Assembly: GCF_032062105.1 (NCBI RefSeq)
Contig: NW_026927600.1
Location: 124,001 to 188,000, forward strand
Reading direction: 5' to 3'
Length of the DNA: 64,000 nucleotides
DNA from: Saccostrea cucullata
Lineage: Eukaryota
Both the position numbers and the translations under genes were made by a program. Shown here piece after piece: positions 52,101 to 61,496 of the stretch; position 1 is the stretch's first letter; each line of letters starts with the position of its first letter. Below the pieces are notes generated by a model that worked only from the letters and a program-made list of their open reading frames with translations, searched no databases and was not told the DNA's origin.

Positions 52101-55100
52101 GGAGACAAGAGCTCCATCCAAATCCGACGATCACGATTCACAGACGAGGCCAAGTATACAGCCATTTTAGAACAGGATGGAGTTCCTGTTGATGAAGCAA
52201 CATGGAGTGTGTTTGTTAAAGGTAAAAGTTATTTATTCTATTCCTATCAGCTGGATTGAAATACATGTAAAGTTTGTATTTTTCTGCTTTCTGATTATCT
52301 CTGTTTCTCAGGAATACTTGGTCAAAATCCTGGTATATTTTGAAATTTGACTTAAAAGTATTTTTCTTTTTAATTTCAGATCCCAAAGACTCTCAGCTGG
52401 ATTACAGAAATTTATTGAAACACAGGTTTAATTTATGATCATTTTCCTGTTTAAAGTATCTTTTATCTAAAAGTGACCTTTTCGTTCTATGATTTACTCA
52501 TAACACAAGAAAAAACTTTCCCAACTCATTCTTGCCAAAACTGATTGAAGTCAATATTTTAAAAAAAATTCATTTCTATGTGAGAAACCAATTTCCTTTA
52601 AATATTTCCACAGAGATCACAAGAAAAACGAAAAGGAAGAGGATGACATCGACTGGGGATCACTCAAACCAGGTACAAACTTCTATACACTGCTTATACG
52701 CCTTAAAACGTTGTGTTTTATATCTGATTACCTTTAAAAAAAAATTTGCAGCTTAATTTTATTGCCAAACAAATTGTCTTTATTGCACTAAAACTGAATA
52801 AAAATTACAGCTGGCTTACAAGTCAGAATGTGTTCTTTGCAATTTTCTAAGCCAAGCAGTTTTACAAAAGCTGTTTTTGTTGTGATTAAAACCAGTTTGA
52901 AATGAATCATCTTGTTTTAATAAAAATTCTGTAATATATTGTACCATCTGTGTTTATCATGCTGTTAGTACTTGCCAATTTCAACGCTGATGCAATATTT
53001 CTGCTGTACTGTGGTTGCCACATGTCATGTAATTAATTTCAATTTCAGATGGGCCAAGTATGTCTTTAAGCGGAGCAATAAGTGCTGTTCATTTTTGCAT
53101 TGCGCTGTAACAAACTGCAAATCAATATTTTGTGCGCTAGCCTTTAGTATTTTAATGTACAGTATAATGGGTGCATAGCATAGTAGACTCAGCATATCTA
53201 TATAAGTAGCATTCTTTGTGCGCTGTTGTTAGTTTTGCGACTTCTCTTGACAGGGTACTTCAAATTCTTGACTAAAAGAAAATGCTCCCACCACCAAAAT
53301 ATGACAGTTTTCTGTACCATTTTAAAGAAAACTCTTTTGAATAAAAAAAGGTGCCCATCTTATCAGGCTGTTGCTGTCCTGAATCTGTTGTACTCTGCTC
53401 ACATTATTTCTCTCTTATTTTTTAATACAGTTACTGTAGCTTTTGTGCTGTTAATTATAATAATTTGGCCATGCCAAATATGACTATCTTCATACTCTTT
53501 GTATTAAAACTTTTCTTCTTTTCCCCTCTTTTTTTTTATTAAAGCAAATACATGTATTAATTGTTTGAATATTTACCTGGGGTGTGTAATTTATTAACTT
53601 AAACTTACAATAATTTGATTGAGTATACTTTGATTTCAACAAAAAACTTATAGGTTTAGTTGCGACATGGTTTTTACTGGTACATTTGGTAGATGGCATA
53701 GCTGAAATTGGCTGTTCTTTAATTATTCTTTAAGATTTTAGATATGAATGAGTTGAACTGACATCATTAGTAATTTAGGACAAAAAAATTGTATACTCTG
53801 AGTATTGAATCTTGAATGAGCTTTGAGACAGCATACAACTGAAAATCTTTGATTTACAATTTTCATTGATTAAAAATTGACTAAAGATTTAAAAAAATCA
53901 TTTGAAATTTTTTTTATATTTTACATTTTTGAAAAGTCAATCTCTGTAAAGGAACAAAAAGATGATATTTTATAAGTAACACACAGCTTTGATCTTTCTG
54001 TAAAGAAGTTAATATGAGATATTTTAATTATATTCTGTAATTATTCAGGCAGTAATCAACAAATCCCAACTCTTCAGTCCAAACCCCAAACTTCGGGTTT
54101 GTATCAGGACAGTTGTTTTGAGATAGACATTTTATTTTCATTATTGTGTGGGTTTGATTAAGTGTTCGGTTTCAGTAAAACCAGTTAGAAAGGCAGAATC
54201 CAGGATTAATAAACAGAAAAAAGAGCTTGAATTTCTAGGCTACATTGAACAAGCAAAATCCTTATTTTATAATTTCAGATGTTGTAAATCATAAATCTTA
54301 TACAAGAAACACAATTTTTTCCATTGGTAAGGTGACAACTATAGGAAACAAAATATATTATTTTCGTGTGCATAAATTTCATGGAATATATACATTATAC
54401 ATAATTATTATAATATTTTAGATTCCTATCAATATGTATCAGTATTATTCTCTATATGTCTTGAGTACAATTCTTAGGTGACAAAGCTAGGCTTTATGTG
54501 TATGTCTGCTATGGTTATCGAGAGCAAAATGGAATGACAAAGAAAATTGCTCATTTGATTATTATATATTATTATATGAATGCTCAAACTATTCAAAATA
54601 TCATGTACTTAGACAATTCAAGCTCCTTAATAAATCAGAGTGTTGGTGTATAGTGCGATTATTTTCCAAAGGGTGATATAGGTGTTTATTTATGTAGAGT
54701 AGAAAATTTATTTGCAAAACTTTTTTGAGTAAAAAGTTTGCAGTTGATCAAAATTCTAGTCTTGGGAAACAATATGAGAAGCATAACATCTCTATGTTAA
54801 TTAATTTTGTTCATTTTATTAGGTGTGCAGTGACTTCCTTATTTCACTTATTTTAGATAGGCTTATATAGTCCTAGATTTATATGGTAGTTGTATATGTT
54901 TCAACCAAACATTTTTGACAACTTTGTTCTGTAGAAAAAATTTAAAAAGCATAGAAATTCCCTTGATCATCTTAGTCCTAGCTCTTTATTTAGATTTCAT
55001 TACAAGTTGTCAGCTATGTTCTATAGACTTTAGTTTACATGTATTTATTTCTATTCACCCTGCATAGTCTTGTACTTAGTTAGACACTTAATACTTTGGA

Positions 55101-58100
55101 ACACATAAAACTTCAGACACATAATTTCTAAGTTGTATGTAAAGTTAAATGATAAATCTGCACATCCACTGTGGTGTTTGTTCACACTTTTCCTTTTTCC
55201 AATCCATGGTAAATTCCTATGTTGTTTGTGCAATATCCCTTTTCAAACTCATTTTTAAAACAATTAGCAGCATTTTTAAGAGCACTTTTAGGGAAAGAAG
55301 TATTAATTTTGGTGTTTTGTGGAAATAATTTGGTTGGAATGATATTTTACAGTGGATAAGAAAGGACGTCGCCCATCAGAGATTGAAATGATGAAAAAAC
55401 AGCTGAAGAAAGTGCCAGGAAGCGACAGTGAAGATGAAAAGGTAAATTTCTCTGTCATGTTAGCTTGTAGAACTTTGGTGTTTTGAGGTTTATTTTTCTA
55501 GATACTGGTTCATGTTGAAGGAACCCTGTAAACTCTTTGATTATTCCAATAGTGGTAAGCTATTTGAATTGAGCATCAGGCAGATGTAGAAAGAATCCAA
55601 CCTCTATTGTTCTGGTAATGAATAAAGGTATTCCCTCCTACTCAGATCAAGGACCAAAAATGTCACACGAGATTTCTTAATTGAACCTTTTAATATGCAA
55701 TAAAAAATTGTTTTAGACCTACAAGAAAAAAACATAAGTTTGTACCTAATTATTTTGTTACAGTTCCGTTCATCTAGTGGCAATGCTGTTATTTATGAGG
55801 AAGATGAGGTATATTTAAAAAAGTCCCTTTAACAATTTCATTAATCCTTTTTAATCTTGAGATTATTCCTAGATGCTTCCACTTCACTTTGAACATTGAA
55901 GCTGCACCATAGTGAGTAACAAGTCATCCACCGGTTACAGAGGCTGCACAAGTTTACATCAAAATTATTTTTTGTTGTTTTTAGCAGCAACCTTTAATTT
56001 TGACATTCAGTTGTTAACCAAGTTCTTATTGAACATTACATGCAATATCATACTTGCCTTTGCACTTAGATTCTGTCAGAACTAATTATATAAGACATTG
56101 TTTTGCCAAATTTCACATTATTAACAGTTTGAATATCACGTCATACCCCTTATTTAGCAACAGCCCCAGGACAGCCTTGCAGAATGCTGAATTGATTCTA
56201 AGGAATAATTGTTTTGCTGATTATATTGTATTTATTACTGTAGAATTAGTTAATTATTTGTTGATTGAATTATCAGTGCCCCAGTAGAGGGCCTTCCAGA
56301 CGAAGCTCCCTGATCTCTGATGATCAGCCGTATTACCCCTCCTCACGCAAAGATATGTCACAACGCCGCTGGTCCAATGCCTCGACTGATTCACAAGGAG
56401 ACCCTTTTCATGTCGTTTTAAAACACAGAAAAACTGTTGATAAGGCAGGTCTTGTGTGACTGCATCCATTGCCCTAAGTTTGGGTGTGGTAGAGGAGTTG
56501 AGAACCTCATAATTCTACTACGTGAGACGTGCCTTTTAGAGGATTTTTTTTGCTGTGAAAGTCAAAATAATTTGGCAAGACTGTATAGGTTTTAGGAAGT
56601 GAACGATTAATTTTTGCTTCTGCTTACAAATCAATGCTGGTAGTATATAGTCTACAATGTTGCTTCATCAGTTGAAAAAAATAAGTGTCATATTAGTTAG
56701 TATTACATGTATGATATGCTTTCATGTTATAGGTAGATCTTCTGGTTTCTGGTTTTTAGATTGTATCAACTACATAAGATACATTCCTTCATTACAAATG
56801 GTTGATATAATGCTCTCTAAAGACCAGACATGAGGATGTACATACCATTAGAGTAAACGCTTCTCCCCTTAGCCGTAGTTAGATGAGTGTGTTAAGTTTG
56901 TCTGTGTGTGTGTTTTCATTAGGATAGAGGCAGTAGAAGACAGTCGGTTGAAACACTTGATATTCCAATTAAAAAACCATCAGCTGACAAACTGGAGGCT
57001 ATAGACCAAAAACGTAGATCCTCGATGAACCAGCGCAGAGCCTCTTTGGTAGAGCTCATTCCTGACTGGCCAACTCTTCAGCATAGGGAGGTCAAAAAAG
57101 AGGTATCAGACATGTGCAGTATAGCCTTAACAAAATATATATAACCTCTAGCTTACAATGCTTTTCTTAACTTTTTCTCAGATTCTTCTCTTTCCTTCAC
57201 TTATGCCTGAGCAAAACACCAGTTTTTAAAGATATATATACCCTTCAACCTTCTTTTATTTTAATGTTTATTTTCAGCAAGTTCCTATTCCAAAATTACT
57301 TTTTAATGATCATACACTTGCTTGAAAGAAATGAAACACATGCTTTCTCTGCACAAAACTCTTATTTGAAGATTCTTTAGTCTGAAAAACTTTTTGGTAG
57401 AAAACATTTATTTTTTTCAATGATTAAATAATAATCTGCACTTGCTTCAAAAGACCTAGAATTTCAGCCACCTTACAAGGTACTGTAAACCAAGAGATTT
57501 TTCTTTAGGATAGAAGCATGGTTTGAAGGTTTCTTAGCTTTAGCAAAAGTGTGGACTCAAATTTTAAGGCCAACTATAAAAAAAAGATTTGTTTGATGTA
57601 CTCTGCAAGAGTCTTCAAAATTGCCCCTATCCAATCAATTTTTAGCATTGAATTTTTTTTCAATGAAAATACAGATTTTCTCTATCATTAAAGTTTCGTT
57701 TATCATTTGCCCATCACACTTTTTAGATAAGTAGGATAAATCAGTTGTTTGTCAGGTGTTTAATGAAAACAGTAAATTTTAAAGACTGAATTTTGTATGA
57801 TCTTGAAAACCTGCCTATCCATCTTGAAAAATGAGGGTTAGAGTACATCAAACAAAATTTTATATAAATTTACGATGGCCTAAACAGTGAAAATATCTTT
57901 TATCTTTCTTCCTCAGCTATTTAAAAAAATAAGAAAAATATTTTGTCTACAGATTCATTCTATTTAAAGAGAAATACAATGTAGAAATTGAAGTAATTTT
58001 CATGATTTATTTATTAGATTATTTTTTACTAAAAAATAAAAGAGAATTCAGTGTTTTTTATGAAAACAAGTCCCAATTCAAACTTGTAAAGTTCTTGAAG

Positions 58101-59912
58101 TATAATATATTATTGTTATTATATAGGAACCAGACAAGTTTATCCAAGATCTGCAGGACATGAAAATCAAGGAAGGCACAAAGGAGTGCGTAATGCAGTG
58201 TGAATTCTGTAAACCTAATGCTAAAGTCAAATGGTTCAAAAATAAACTGGAGATCTTCAGTGGTCACAAGTATCACTTCAAAAACGAGGGCAACATCTAC
58301 AAACTGATACTTAACAATGTCAAACTGGAGGATGGAGGAAAGTACACTTTGGAATGTAACGGCGTCAAAACGTCCGCTTGGTTGTACGTGGAAGGTAGGT
58401 AATCCAGAGATAATGGAGATAATCATGTACGTGTATTAAATCCCTGGGGAAATTTGTTAAAAATTCTGTCCAGCGATATTTGCGCAGTATGAAAACAGCG
58501 CTTTATCTCCAGTACCCCCGCGCCCCAAATTCCCAGTCCCTTCCCAGACCCTACGTTTTATTCACACTTCGCTCCAATATTTCAGGTAAATTCAACCAGG
58601 ACTTCTTTATTCTTCTATACTTTTCTTTTCCTCTCTGGTTGATTTTGCATAATTATGTATCTACTGCATGATACATATTTATCTATGCATGAACTGCTTT
58701 TGAGAATACATCTTTTTACTGAGATGCATTGATTTCTTTAGCAGCGCTAGTATTAAGAGGGCAGTCCTTAGCAGCATTTTTAGACAATCTTGCTTGTGAA
58801 AACTAAAAATAGTCTTGTTATATAGGCAAATATGGGAATAAATGAATTCCAAAAAGTTCATTCAAATAATATCTTGGAACTTTTCTGCTTATAGTTTTGA
58901 ATTGTTGCATTTAAATCATTTTTCTTTAAGTTAATAGATATGAAATAAATACATTTTTCTACTTAAGCTTTGCGAATAGCTAGCTGTCTGTCCGTCTGTC
59001 TGTAAACAATTTTTCAAAATGCTACTCCTCCTACAGTTTTGGTCTAATTTCAATATTTGGCACACAAGTAGACTACACTAAGATACATAAATCTGTGTAT
59101 CGGTTTTTGATTTCGATGAACGGTGTTGCCATGGTTACTAAAAATAGAAATATCTGTAAAATTGTTTCAAAATGCTACTCCTCCTACAGTTTTGGTCTGG
59201 TTTCAATATAACTTGGCACACAAGTAGAATACACTAAGATACATAATTCTATATATCGAATTTTAATCTTGATGAACGGTGTTGCTGTGGTTACTAAAAA
59301 TAGAAATATCTGTAAAATTGTTTCAAAATGCTACTCCTCCTACAGTTTTGGTCTGATTTCAATATAACTTGGCACACAAGTATAAACATGCTACTCCTCC
59401 TACAGTTTTGGTCTGATTTCAATATAACTTGGCACACAAGTAGACTATACTAAGAACATAAAGAGACTTAATCAATGATCATTATTCTATTTATTGCTGT
59501 TGTAAATTTTCAAATCCCAGCTGCTTAAGTACTTTTCTCTTCCTTTGCTATAAGTTCAAACCAGTAGAGCTTCAGTCTCGACAGAGACTTCTGGTTCCGG
59601 AAAAGTAAATGTTTACGTATTATAGTGAAATTGTATTATTAAATGAACACCCATCTTTTAGCAGAATCTACAAGGTGTGTTTCAAGTTGCAACAATTACA
59701 GCTATGAGCAGAATTTTCTGGGATATTTTATTTCTGGTCAGTGTTTTGACTCAATTTTATGTATCATTGTAGCCAAGGAACCCGATTACTTCTTCACCCA
59801 GAAATTACCCGAAAAATACTCAGTCACCAGAAGGAAGGAAGCTGTCCTAGAGTGTTTCATCTCTGACCCCAGGGCAAAGGTCAAATGGTACCGCAATGGA
59901 GAACACATTGAT
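27842..59912 (+). CDS. unc-22: Twitchin (unc-22/projectin family giant muscle kinase), 5' part; gene continues past the window
   Basis: In-frame spliced chain of I-set Ig domains starting MGVGDDIAPRFTQKP, a PEVK-like region, the DYRNLL (DFRxxL-like) motif and RRASLVELIPDWPTLQHR, which resembles the mussel D1 site. Intron phases are consistent throughout. Confidence 0.95.
30935..30947 (+). CDS. unc-22: Twitchin 13-nt microexon (GSQKQ)
   Basis: Long pyrimidine tract + acag, gtgagt donor; bridges phase 1 to phase 2 as the frame requires. Confidence 0.85.
33090..33238 (+). CDS. unc-22: Twitchin exon, Ig2 N-half
   Basis: QDGIAPNFIQKP..ITWFKD; phase 2-1. Confidence 0.9.
33570..33725 (+). CDS. unc-22: Twitchin exon, Ig2 C-half
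   Basis: RIKIRTDP..DAGNYKVTAKNALGESNATIRLNFD; phase 1-1. Confidence 0.9.
34051..34362 (+). CDS. unc-22: Twitchin exon, Ig3
   Basis: PPKFTTKPTIRQ..DGGEYKAVAKNSLGE; phase 1-1. Confidence 0.92.
34673..34685 (+). CDS. unc-22: Twitchin 13-nt microexon (GKKPP)
   Basis: tttttcag acceptor, gtgagt donor; phase 1 to 2, required for frame. Confidence 0.85.
35243..35453 (+). CDS. unc-22: Twitchin exon, Ig4 N-part
   Basis: QGKAPHFLTKPTIKQ..YVATLTIK; phase 2-0. Confidence 0.92.
35540..35711. mobile_element. Degenerate Tc1/mariner-type MITE
   Basis: TA-CAGTCAAACTT left end; degenerate AAGTTCACTA-TA right end. Confidence 0.4.
41353..41443 (+). CDS. unc-22: Twitchin exon, Ig4 C-part
   Basis: DPKADDGGQYKATAVNELGESNATITLNFQ; phase 0-1. 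Confidence 0.92.
43351..43565 (+). CDS. unc-22: Twitchin exon, Ig5 N-part
   Basis: PPTFKEKPKVTQ..TLTWYKE..FYLDIM; phase 1-0. Confidence 0.92.
43821..43912 (+). CDS. unc-22: Twitchin exon, Ig5 C-part
   Basis: NFSAADSGNYKVIAKNDAGEG; phase 0-2. Confidence 0.92.
44365..46082. mobile_element. Non-autonomous TTAA-specific DNA transposon (Kolobok-like) in a twitchin intron
   Basis: TTAA at 44361-44364 and 46083-46086; TIR core AGCCATTCTCTGTAAC / GTTACAGAGAATGGCT; no transposase ORF; lacks piggyBac CC ends. Confidence 0.85.
46829..46971. mobile_element. TA-flanked MITE (Tc1/mariner type)
   Basis: TA-CTGTATACAGGG ... CCCTGTATACAG-TA. Confidence 0.75.
47020..47236 (+). CDS. unc-22: Twitchin exon, Ig6 N-part
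   Basis: PKESPPSIKDMP..AMWYFG..FLEIAN; phase 2-0. Confidence 0.92.
47474..47561 (+). CDS. unc-22: Twitchin exon, Ig6 C-part
   Basis: PTDADSGDYKCVIKNPSGE; phase 0-1. Confidence 0.92.
47659..47961 (+). CDS. unc-22: Twitchin exon, Ig7
   Basis: PANFSQKLAPKSV..VTWTKD..DSGEFKVEIKNQFG; phase 1-1. Confidence 0.92.
48400..48464 (+). CDS. unc-22: Twitchin PEVK-like exon (KKPEE x3)
   Basis: tacag acceptor, GAG|gtgact donor; phase 1-0. Confidence 0.85.
48626..48647 (+). CDS. unc-22: Twitchin 22-nt microexon (KKEEQQK)
   Basis: ttttgcag acceptor, G|gtaggc donor; phase 0-1. Confidence 0.8.
49200..49475 (+). CDS. unc-22: Twitchin PEVK-like tandem-repeat exon (PKAPEKPKEE x7 plus one partial)
   Basis: 30-nt repeat with third-position variation; first AG after a long pyrimidine tract; G|gtaaat donor; phase 1-1. 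Confidence 0.85.
49647..49712 (+). CDS. unc-22: Twitchin cassette exon (NKNSPRQIKPYQKKPTTILEE)
   Basis: caacag acceptor, G|gtaagt donor, 66 nt, phase 1-1, open frame. Confidence 0.7.
50792..50881 (+). CDS. unc-22: Twitchin acidic cassette exon (EVHGIVDSEEDGYEADDDKPEIPLIITND)
   Basis: GC-rich coding-like island, 90 nt, phase 1-1, G|gtaggt donor. Confidence 0.75.
51423..51439 (+). CDS. unc-22: Twitchin 17-nt microexon with GC donor (EGTPEK)
   Basis: Strong acceptor, AAG|gcaagt donor; the only element found that converts phase 1 to phase 0. Confidence 0.8.
51650..51782 (+). CDS. unc-22: Twitchin exon, linker and start of Ig8
   Basis: NGEYETQGPKRIVV..FKGKPSNQSVEE; phase 0-1. Confidence 0.88.
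51979..52221 (+). CDS. unc-22: Twitchin exon, Ig8
   Basis: NDISCKLDIEV..DEAKYTAILE..WSVFVK; phase 1-1. Confidence 0.9.
52380..52425 (+). CDS. unc-22: Twitchin exon with DFRxxL-like motif (DPKDSQLDYRNLLKHR)
   Basis: Phase 1-2; actin-binding-type motif known in twitchin/MLCK. Confidence 0.88.
52614..52672 (+). CDS. unc-22: Twitchin exon (DHKKNEKEEDDIDWGSLKP)
   Basis: Phase 2-1; canonical splice sites. Confidence 0.88.
53049..53057 (+). CDS. Candidate 9-nt twitchin microexon
   Basis: aatttcag acceptor, A|gtatgt donor, phase 1-1, inside a YGCY-rich tract. Confidence 0.4.
54049..54096 (+). CDS. Candidate twitchin cassette exon (GSNQQIPTLQSKPQTS)
   Basis: ttattcag acceptor, G|gtttgt donor, 48 nt, phase 1-1, open frame. 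Confidence 0.4.
55353..55441 (+). CDS. unc-22: Twitchin exon with RRPS PKA motif (VDKKGRRPSEIEMMKKQLKKVPGSDSEDEK)
   Basis: Phase 1-0, required for frame. Confidence 0.9.
55764..55808 (+). CDS. unc-22: Twitchin cassette exon (FRSSSGNAVIYEEDE)
   Basis: ttacag acceptor, GAG|gtatat donor, 45 nt, phase 0-0. Confidence 0.65.
56277..56444 (+). CDS. unc-22: Twitchin alternative D1-like exon (RRSS, RRWS; GC donor)
   Basis: 168-nt open frame, phase 0-0 if AAG|gcaggt is the donor; motif order parallels the D1 exon. Confidence 0.7.
56923..57102 (+). CDS. unc-22: Twitchin D1 phosphorylation-site exon (RRQS, RRSS, RRASLVELIPDWPTLQHR)
   Basis: 180 nt, phase 0-0; resembles the mussel D1 peptide RRPSLVDVIPDWP. 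Confidence 0.92.
58127..58394 (+). CDS. unc-22: Twitchin exon, Ig9
   Basis: EPDKFIQDLQDMKIKEG..VKWFKN..DGGKYTLEC; phase 0-1. Confidence 0.93.
58962..59596 (+). mobile_element. Helentron-like non-autonomous element with ~156-bp tandem repeats
   Basis: GTCT/GTCC microsatellite head; ATGCTACTCCTCCTACAGTTTTGGTCT recurs 4x; 3' hairpin AGTCTC..GAGACT. Confidence 0.7.
59773..59912 (+). CDS. unc-22: Twitchin exon, Ig10 N-half (last twitchin exon in window)
   Basis: KEPDYFFTQKLP..VKWYRNGEHID; the domain is incomplete and ends at a gtaagt donor, so the gene continues. Confidence 0.92.
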
Positions 59913-60864
59913 GTAAGTATCAGCCTAAAAATAGGACACTTCTACTTGAGTCTCTTTCTTTTGTTAGATATATAATTGACTTTGTATCTTATTATCTACA
60001 TTTATTATTTTCTGAAAGCTTCTTTGGACATCAGGTAAAAGGAGTGCAGAATTCATTCAATAATTTTCAAGAATTGAATTAAGAGTTGTTTTTTTTTTTA
60101 AGAAAGTGTGTATTTGTAATATCAGATGTAGTTTTTTTAGAAGATTTGTAAGGAATCTTCATATTCTTTCATTGTGTAAATGTAGAGAAAAATTATTAGA
60201 GAAAACCCAGATAAGGTAAGAAAAGTCACAAAATGCACACTCCCTCTCAAAGTAAACTAAGAGTCTCCTTATTAATGGACACTGCACAAAATTCTAAAAA
60301 TAACAGTCTCTTTGTAAGTTATCAATGTGCCTCTTTTGCACCAATCTATTCACATCTTGATGCTTGGTAAATCTCTTCCCATTTTATCTGGAATTTTTGG
60401 TATTTAGTAAGGAGGTTTTCCAAGCATAAAATGGATAGGTTGCCTTCTTAAACCAATTCCTTTTATTTAATACAATTCAAAATATTTCAAGCACTTTAAT
60501 ACAAGAACCTTTATGACTTCTTTTACAGTTCACATTATGATATAAATGTATAATTAAGCCTTTGTACCCAGCACTGTTTAAGTACATGTTCTTCTATCAG
60601 CTAACAGTTTATTTCACACTTCTGTTCTACTTATGATTTGTTTATTACTGCACAGGTGCAGGTAATCCCCTCCCTAAATTGTTGTAGTCAAGTTTTATTT
60701 AAGATTTCATTTGTTACATCTGCTTACTGTTTAATGTTGAAGTCTATCAGCCATACCAATTATCATTCCACATTGAAAACTACAAAAAATTTTTAATTGT
60801 CATTTTCTATTTTGTCTAAGTGTTTTTCTTGAGTAATTCTGCTTTTCTGAAAAAAAAAACATGC

Positions 60865-61484
60865 AAATACAAAGTATTTAAGGGGATTCAAGAATGTTTA
60901 TGGCATTTTTAAAAAAATTGTTATCATGACCCCCGGGGATTGGGGCCAAAATGGCAGATCAAAGTTTTACATAGGAATATATAGGAAAAATCTTTAAAAA
61001 TCTTCTTTTGGGCCAGGAAAGATGAAACTCATGTGGAATCATCTCAGGTAGTATAAATTCAAGTTTGCTCAAATCATAACCCCTGGGGGTAGGGTGGGGC
61101 CAAAATAGCCGACCCAAGTTTTACATAGGAATATATAGGGAAAATCTTTAAAAATCTTCTTCTCAAGAACTACATATATATTAAAAAAGTCTTTAATCTT
61201 GGTCTAGATTCAAGGTTGAGCTAGGAATATATAGGAAAAATTTTCTTCTCTCAGGAAAGATGAAACTCCTGTGCAATCCAAATTTGTCATCATCTGACCC
61301 GATAAAAGTTTTAATGAATATATTGGGAAACCTTTTAAAATCTTCTTTTCAAGTACTTCAAAATGCTTAGTGTTTCCAGGTAGTGTGATTCTAGTGTGTC
61401 CAATCCCTGGGGGGTTAAAATTTCAGTTCTGATCTGATAAGCCAATTGCTCAGGTGAGCGATGTGGCCCCTGGGCCTCTTGTTC
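60865..61484 (+). mobile_element. HINE of the same subfamily as 540-1543; sequence garbled
   Basis: Same ~166-bp unit and same 3' end GCCAATTGCTCAGGTGAGC.ATGTGGCCCCTGGGCCTCTT; many short deletions. Confidence 0.8.
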
Positions 61485-61496
61485 AATCTTGGTCTG

